Positions 35,647 to 41,087 of a DNA stretch of 41,087 nucleotides are shown here, piece by piece (position 1 is the stretch's first letter; every line of letters starts with the position of its first letter). The notes beneath the pieces are model-generated. The model did not search any database. It was not told where the DNA came from and saw nothing but the letters and a program-made list of their open reading frames with translations. A program made the position numbers and the translations under genes. Source of the stretch: a virus (lineage: Duplodnaviria; Heunggongvirae; Uroviricota; Caudoviricetes). The stretch spans positions 1 to 41,087 of IMG/VR virus record IMGVR_UViG_3300031949_000413. One strand, 5' to 3'.

Positions 35647-35893
35647 TGTCACAGTTCTCGAAAAACCTACTCGTGCTTGTTGTGCAACTTGTAGTAATTG
35701 GGGTCTAGCGGCATACTACGTCCATCCGAGTAGTATTGATGGCGATGAGCCGTTCTGCACAGTGCTTAACATTTCTCTCAAGCCATATTTTGGCCCAATG
35801 TCCACCCATGTTACCTGCAAACACTGGCGACTAGAGATGATCGAGACTGATTCCAGAGAGCTATTCGAGCAACTATGTATGGAGGGAGCATGA
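35621..35893 (+). CDS. Cys-rich hypothetical protein
   Basis: CCATCSNW...CKHW; start uncertain. Confidence 0.5.
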   Translation: MKWRLDMGSVTVLEKPTRACCATCSNWGLAAYYVHPSSIDGDEPFCTVLNISLKPYFGPMSTHVTCKHWRLEMIETDSRELFEQLCMEGA

Positions 35894-36081
35894 AGACTCC
35901 TAGACGGTACGCCGACGAAGTGTATCAACAAGTCAAGAAACACACCGAACCCAAGCACGTATGGAACAGCGCCTACCCCGATCTGAGAGACTATATTGAG
36001 GCACAGTTCAAGGACGCTATTGAACAGGCTAGAACTGAGCAGGTGAATCCCACGCCCCCCGCCACTTCCGATCAGGATTGA
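35875..36081 (+). CDS. Hypothetical protein
   Basis: Convergent 3' overlap with the terminase gene; start uncertain. Confidence 0.45.
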   Translation: MYGGSMKTPRRYADEVYQQVKKHTEPKHVWNSAYPDLRDYIEAQFKDAIEQARTEQVNPTPPATSDQD

Positions 36082-37720
36082 CACTACCGCTCCAGCCCAT
36101 TGCAGCAATCACCTCATCGTAGTTTACCTGTTCTGGCTCGCCATAGTGCTCAACTTCTACTATGCAGTCCACTAGGGCGCGGCAGGCATCAACTATCTGA
36201 TCCATTGCTACTTTCCCAACACCCTTAGAGCGTGGTACTTCATATACGGTGTAGCCCGCCTCGGTCTTGCGCTCGATGGTGGATACCAACTCTGACTCCA
36301 ACTCGGAGTCGTAGAACATCTCTAGCCTGACATCGGACTCGGACTTGAGTAAAGAGTTAGCCATGTACCTGCGAAACATCTCAGTCAGGAAATACTTGCG
36401 GCGGGCCTTGATAACCTTGCCGTCCTTACGATGTTGCTGCACTTCAGGATCGGATAGCATTTGCTCCGTGATCAGCTTGCCAGTTATTTGATCGATCTCG
36501 ACCGTGCCACCCTGATTGGTCATCTTAATGTGATTCTCGAACAGGTACTTATTATCAGGCGACAGTAGCATTTGATAGCACTCTGGTGAGTCAATGGACA
36601 ACATCATCATCGTATTTCTTAGCACACTAATTACGAGATATTTTAGCACAGCTAGCTGGTTAGGAAGCCCCACCTGATACAGTGAGATACGGGCATAGGT
36701 TTGCCATGGCCCATTATCAGTCATCTTAACACCTAGAACAAATGTGCTCGGATCGGGTGCAAAACCCCAGTCCCAACCGATGCAGCTCTTTATACACTGA
36801 CATTGCGGAATGCGTAACACAGAAGGCAAAGTTCCGCCCTTGATGGCTGGCTCTATTTCAGAGTTGACCACTCTAGCAATGTATACTGGCAGCTCGGTAT
36901 TCCACGCAATGCTACCGGGCGGGAATGAAGATACAGCCTCGTCGCCCCACTCACCCTTAACTTGTGTGATATAGTCAGGTGAAGTCTTGCCCCCGAATGC
37001 CTCGGTCATTTCCTTGCGGTATTTCTTAGATAACAGGAAGCGTGGGTTGGCTGTCAGCATAGAAAACTTATGCCTAGACCAGCTACGGCCTTCTTTTGTT
37101 TGATCCAGAAGGAAGAACGGTGTCCCACGTACTCCATTAGGCACTCCCGAATATAGCCACTTTGTTTCAGGCATCGCACCACCAAGACGCGAGCGATGAC
37201 AAATTTGATTACCATACTCACACTCATCACCGAAAATAAGAATGGGATGGAGACCGACCATATTCGTATCGGTTCCGCTAGAGCCTTCAATGCGCCCATG
37301 AATAGTAAGGCCGGTCTTTGTTACCAACTTCGGCTTGTCTCCCTTATTCCAAGTGGTGATAAGGCTTCTGAAGAATGGGTTGGCATTGATGTTGGCATAT
37401 AGTCGGTCGATCAGTGGCGTCAGATGCCCCTCAGCAGGCGTGAAGATTAGCACCTCTTCATGACTATCTTCGCTCTTGGGTTGATAGGTGACAATGGTTC
37501 TCATGACGCGACCGATAAGTCCAACTGTCTTTCCGACATTGCGGGATGTGCAAAGCAAGATACGCTTAGAGTTATCACACATCATGGTCTTCTGGGGAAT
37601 AGTCATCTCCATAGACAGATCGGCCTTTTGGAAGCACTTTGAGAATAAGTACCCATCTGCGATCACCATCCCAAGTGCCAATTCGCCCTCATTATCCTCT
37701 ACTTTGTGTTTAGCCTTCAT
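36029..37720 (-). CDS. terL: Terminase large subunit
   Basis: Walker A SRNVGKT, Walker B LIFGDE, coupling SGVP, nuclease IGWDWGF..DP and DQIVDA. Confidence 0.88.
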   Translation of the reverse strand: MKAKHKVEDNEGELALGMVIADGYLFSKCFQKADLSMEMTIPQKTMMCDNSKRILLCTSRNVGKTVGLIGRVMRTIVTYQPKSEDSHEEVLIFTPAEGHLTPLIDRLYANINANPFFRSLITTWNKGDKPKLVTKTGLTIHGRIEGSSGTDTNMVGLHPILIFGDECEYGNQICHRSRLGGAMPETKWLYSGVPNGVRGTPFFLLDQTKEGRSWSRHKFSMLTANPRFLLSKKYRKEMTEAFGGKTSPDYITQVKGEWGDEAVSSFPPGSIAWNTELPVYIARVVNSEIEPAIKGGTLPSVLRIPQCQCIKSCIGWDWGFAPDPSTFVLGVKMTDNGPWQTYARISLYQVGLPNQLAVLKYLVISVLRNTMMMLSIDSPECYQMLLSPDNKYLFENHIKMTNQGGTVEIDQITGKLITEQMLSDPEVQQHRKDGKVIKARRKYFLTEMFRRYMANSLLKSESDVRLEMFYDSELESELVSTIERKTEAGYTVYEVPRSKGVGKVAMDQIVDACRALVDCIVEVEHYGEPEQVNYDEVIAAMGWSGSVNPDRKWRGAWDSPAQF

Positions 37721-37731
37721 GCCCTGCTCCT

Positions 37732-37759
37732 AGTCCACAGCCATACTGTTTATGGTCAA
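37732..37759 (-). promoter_or_regulatory. Promoter/operator motif copy upstream of terL
   Basis: TTGACC-N16-TGGACT followed by an AGGAG RBS; box AGTCC-ACAGCC-ATACT on the plus strand at 37732-37747. Confidence 0.6.
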
Positions 37760-37839
37760 GTAAATTCAGTGTTATCATACGGCAAAATGGCCTGAAGGTC
37801 AACAGTGGGACTTATGGGCTATTCCCTATAGGGCTGGTT

Positions 37840-38616
37840 GTGTGGGATAATGGGCGCATGGCCGACTACAAACTGTACTGTGACGACTGCCAGAATGTCA
37901 TACCCACTCTGGATATGGTCGATCATGTCATTACGGATGTTCCGTACAGTGATGTTACCCATAAAGGGGCACGTACCAATTTAGGTCATCATGGCAAAAA
38001 CAGAGCCATGCTGGTTGGAAAATTACTCAAGTTTGACTCTATCAGCTTTGATGATCTGAGACAGACATTCGACCTGTTAAGCCCTAAAACCAAAAGGTGG
38101 ATCGTGTCGTTCATGGACTGGCATCACATTGCCCTGCTGGAAGCCAATACACCAAAGTCATTGCATTTTGTGCGTTTTGGCGCATGGATCAAACCTAATT
38201 CTGCTCCTCAGTTTACAGGCGATAGACCCTCTACCGGCTGGGAAGGCATTGCTATGTTGCACCGTACTGGTATTAAATTGGCATGGAATGGGAAAGGGCG
38301 CTCGTCAGTGTTCACCTACCCCATCGTACACCAAGCCCATGCTCATAGCGACAACCCGACCGAAAAGCCATTAGCCTTGATGGAAGAACTTATAACACTG
38401 TTCACCAATCCGGGCGACACCATTCTCGATCCATTTATGGGCAGTGGTACAACAGTCGAGGCTGCTATCAGAACTGGTCGCAGGGCTATCGGCATTGAGA
38501 TAGACCGGGAGTGTTTCGATATGGCTGAGAGGCGCATCCAATACGCCGCTATGCAACCCTCAATGAAGTTTGCCAGTCCACTTTCTAACACAGTCCAGTC
38601 AGTGATGTTTGGATAG
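37840..38616 (+). CDS. DNA methyltransferase, beta-class (orphan)
   Basis: ITDVPY (DPPY variant), PTEKPL.LM, DPFMGSGTT; the start may be ATG 37858. Confidence 0.88.
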   Translation: MWDNGRMADYKLYCDDCQNVIPTLDMVDHVITDVPYSDVTHKGARTNLGHHGKNRAMLVGKLLKFDSISFDDLRQTFDLLSPKTKRWIVSFMDWHHIALLEANTPKSLHFVRFGAWIKPNSAPQFTGDRPSTGWEGIAMLHRTGIKLAWNGKGRSSVFTYPIVHQAHAHSDNPTEKPLALMEELITLFTNPGDTILDPFMGSGTTVEAAIRTGRRAIGIEIDRECFDMAERRIQYAAMQPSMKFASPLSNTVQSVMFG

Positions 38617-38649
38617 GACTTAAAGGCTATTGCTGTCATATTTGGGCTG

Positions 38650-38937
38650 ATGTATGATGTTGACATGCGACACGACTATGAGAAGCTACCCAGAAAAGTG
38701 GCACGCAAACATCGCTGTCAGGCGCTCACCGAAAGTGGCGACCAGTGCCGAGACATGGCCGAATGGCAAGTGGATGCTCATTTGGATCAAGAGATATACA
38801 GTGATGGAATCAATTGGATCATGTTCTATCTATGCACAAGGCACTGGCTGACACAGTGGTTATGGGTAGACAAAAATAAGGCCACTGTTACCACATCTCC
38901 AGAATTAAAAACGCCAAAACACAAAGGACGGAAATGA
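38650..38937 (+). CDS. Hypothetical protein (Cys/His motif)
   Basis: RCQA.T..G.QC...LC..H. Confidence 0.55.
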   Translation: MYDVDMRHDYEKLPRKVARKHRCQALTESGDQCRDMAEWQVDAHLDQEIYSDGINWIMFYLCTRHWLTQWLWVDKNKATVTTSPELKTPKHKGRK

Positions 38938-39128
38938 TGGCTAAAAAGAAATTGGAATTTCCAACAGAGCTATTTGTATACATGGACGAAGATAGAGGCG
39001 ACGTGTATTTTGTTGCCAGCGAAACCGAACGCGAGTGCGCCAGTATATACGAAGATCGTATTGTCGGCATCTACGATCTCAGGGAAGTCGGTAAAGTGTC
39101 AGTAAACATTGTCGTGACAACGGAGTGA
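38934..39128 (+). CDS. Hypothetical protein
   Basis: ATGA overlap. Confidence 0.55.
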   Translation: MMAKKKLEFPTELFVYMDEDRGDVYFVASETERECASIYEDRIVGIYDLREVGKVSVNIVVTTE

Positions 39129-39135
39129 AATCATT

Positions 39136-40239
39136 ATGGTCAAGGTAGATCGCAAGGAACTAGCAGGTGTACTAGCGTTTCTGGGCAAGGCCGTACCCGG
39201 TAAGTCAATTCTGCCTATCTTGCAAAGCATTAAAGTTGTGCTGGATGACAGCACACTAGAAATGCAAGCAAGCAACTTGGTAGTACATCTCACTAGAGAG
39301 ATACCGACAGATGGCGATGACCAGTGGGAGACGTGCGTGCCATTTGAGACCCTGAAGGGTATTGTATCAGTTGACTCAGGCAACGAAGTGGGCCTATCTC
39401 TGAAAGGAGACAAGCTAACTGTCACTGTCGGCGCGGCCAAGTCCAACATCAAGTGCCTGCCAGCAGAAGAGTTCCCCTTGGTGGACACGTCGCAATACAA
39501 ACGAGTCGCCACATTCGATGCTCAATATCTAAAGAAATATGTTGAGCGCGTGGCATGGGCGGCATATACTGGTGACGATCAGCCTAACAAGAACTCGGTC
39601 TACTTTGATGCCAGCAATGGGTCATTAGCTCTTGTCGCTCTGGACAGCATTGGACAGCTTGCTATGATTGAGACTGGGCATAAGATAGACGATCAATTCT
39701 CTTTCATCATGCCACTCAAGGCAACAGCGTGCCTGTCAGAACTATACGGACTGACCGACATCCTATTAGGGCAGAACCAAGTAGCATTCGTAGCATCGGA
39801 TATGTCTGTCGTGTCACAGTTGGTAGACGGCGACTATTTTCCTTATAGGGATGTCATTAAAGCCGAATTCACCAGCAAGGCTGTGATGTACCAGACAGAG
39901 TTCGCCAATGCACTCAGACAGGCTGACGTGTTTGCTAAAGACGACGCGCACGTGGCCGAAATGATCGTTGACCCATTGGAGGCGCAAGTAATTGTCGGCT
40001 CACGCCTGACACAGATGGGTGATGGCAATACTCCCATCAAGTGTGTGTCTCTAGTGTCTGACGACAACTTCCCGATCCTATTCAATGCCAACTACATGAC
40101 AAATGCCGTTAGCCATGCTGGGGCAAGGTTTAGCCTTAACATGAATGGGCCGTTAGTGTGGATCGTCATTAGGAGTGACCCGTTCGATGACGGCTGGACA
40201 GGACTGATAGTCCCAATGATCACGAAAGGAGCAGCGTGA
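39136..40239 (+). CDS. dnaN: DNA polymerase III beta sliding clamp
   Basis: K.ILPIL..I, ASNL, EEFP, VALD...LA, SQLVDGDY.PY..VI, FNANY...A; 367 aa. Confidence 0.9.
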   Translation: MVKVDRKELAGVLAFLGKAVPGKSILPILQSIKVVLDDSTLEMQASNLVVHLTREIPTDGDDQWETCVPFETLKGIVSVDSGNEVGLSLKGDKLTVTVGAAKSNIKCLPAEEFPLVDTSQYKRVATFDAQYLKKYVERVAWAAYTGDDQPNKNSVYFDASNGSLALVALDSIGQLAMIETGHKIDDQFSFIMPLKATACLSELYGLTDILLGQNQVAFVASDMSVVSQLVDGDYFPYRDVIKAEFTSKAVMYQTEFANALRQADVFAKDDAHVAEMIVDPLEAQVIVGSRLTQMGDGNTPIKCVSLVSDDNFPILFNANYMTNAVSHAGARFSLNMNGPLVWIVIRSDPFDDGWTGLIVPMITKGAA

Positions 40240-40427
40240 AACTGTTTGCGATCAACCCATTAGGCTATATGCTACCATTGAACTTTATGGCAAGTGACAA
40301 AAAGAACTAGAGCATTGTTGGGAAGACACGTGGCATATACATTGTTGTGTTCAAATATAGGCTGGCAACCGACGAGGAATTAGCTGAGACTACCTATCAG
40401 TTACCCATGCCAGATTTTGGTGTGTAG
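40236..40427 (+). pseudogene. 63-codon ORF interrupted by an in-frame TAG at 40308-40310
   Basis: AAGGAG RBS and GTGA overlap with dnaN; the frame stays open to 40427, 1 nt from the convergent stop. Confidence 0.4.
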
Positions 40428-40428
40428 T

Positions 40429-41085
40429 CTACTCGTTGTCATCGCTGAACTCAGCCAGATCATCCGCGAACTCACTGCCCCCTACTTTGGGGGCAATGCC
40501 TTTTTCTAGCTCTGAGAATAAGAATTTCAAGTAGTTGGTATGGCTGATAGTGAATTCCTTGCCACACTTGGCACACTTCGTCGTGAACGACCACGGCAAC
40601 TCATATGCGAAGTGATACAAGATATGGCCCATACGCAGCTCGACTCTTGCCGGTAATTCTAAGCAATGTGGACATACAATAGCAACGGCCTGCTTGTAGA
40701 TGAACTCTTTGGCCTCTTTGTGTAACTGTGGTAGATAGGTCTCTAGTTCTGACTCTTCTTCAGATACCCGACTCTTGCGATCCAGACCTAAAGAAGTGGC
40801 TAGCTGACGTGCCTCAGCCGACCATGCCTTAGACGAGTCCGATACCGCCTTGAGGTCTTGGGATGAGGCTGTCCCAATAAGCATATTGGCGGCCTTGCGG
40901 GTTGCCATCTCGCTTAACACCGACAGCTCAGCCAATGTTCGTATCTGGCGCTCATCGACTATGGTAATGGACGATGCCTCAATGTCACTACTGTATTGTT
41001 CGATAAGCACCTCTACCCTGCTATTAAATTCCTCTAGGGTAATTTCTAGGGATGGAGTCTTGACTTTCCTGCGCCCTGATGGTGT
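40429..41085 (-). CDS. Hypothetical protein, 5' end beyond the window; possible terminase small subunit
   Basis: The frame is open to the window edge; helical, LATSLGLDRKSR, Zn ribbon CPHC...CAKC; co-directional with terL. Confidence 0.5.
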   Translation of the reverse strand, partial: TPSGRRKVKTPSLEITLEEFNSRVEVLIEQYSSDIEASSITIVDERQIRTLAELSVLSEMATRKAANMLIGTASSQDLKAVSDSSKAWSAEARQLATSLGLDRKSRVSEEESELETYLPQLHKEAKEFIYKQAVAIVCPHCLELPARVELRMGHILYHFAYELPWSFTTKCAKCGKEFTISHTNYLKFLFSELEKGIAPKVGGSEFADDLAEFSDDNE

Positions 41086-41087
41086 AC

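Larger units (their letters stand above)
1..41087. mobile_element. Fragment of a large tailed dsDNA phage/prophage genome
   Basis: Terminase large subunit, probable portal, orphan DNA MTases, SSB/RecA/RuvC/clamp and dense small overlapping hypothetical ORFs. No housekeeping operons; no integrase or att site recognised. Confidence 0.88.

Noticed and set aside
560-40091. Many opposite-strand ORFs in the track (e.g. 560-961, 8440-9117, 15275-15754, 25087-25548, 27586-27903, 39843-40091)
   Set aside because: They are shadows of recognised genes, with no RBS or family motifs.
1-41087. Genome-wide TAG reassignment (genetic code 15)
   Set aside because: Long, well-recognised genes (Dam-like MTase, binding protein, ABC ATPase) end at TAG at the expected lengths, and the large ORFs are not fragmented.
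1-41087. tRNA, rRNA, integrase or att sites
   Set aside because: No cloverleaf with GTTCRA/CCA features, rRNA motif or recombinase motif was recognised by eye; tRNAscan-SE would be needed to exclude tRNAs formally.

Overview
This window is a fragment of a large tailed dsDNA phage or prophage genome. It encodes a terminase large subunit (36029-37720), a probable portal (24204-25943), RecA, SSB, a RuvC-like resolvase, a DNA polymerase III beta clamp, a ParB-like N-terminal domain, four orphan DNA methyltransferases, a solo catalytically intact TnpB and dozens of small hypothetical ORFs. No capsid, tail, integrase, rRNA or tRNA gene was recognised. The most unusual part is the minus-strand block downstream of the portal (about 6.2-24 kb). 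It holds six glycosyltransferase-like genes, a SAM methyltransferase and a tightly overlapping operon of GH42/GH14-like hydrolase, minimal GluRS/GluQ-like HIGH enzyme, complete CUT2 sugar ABC importer and a second paralogous hydrolase. Other signals read from the sequence are a phage Hfq homolog, ten copies of a 16-bp dyad box (AGTCC-N6-RKACT) that mostly overlaps TTGAC-type promoters, several candidate structured RNAs with pseudoknot-compatible pairing, and an exact 73-bp tandem array behind a near-consensus sigma70 promoter. All protein calls come from motif recognition by eye and none from database searches. The Chloroflexota host suggestion is a recollection-based inference.
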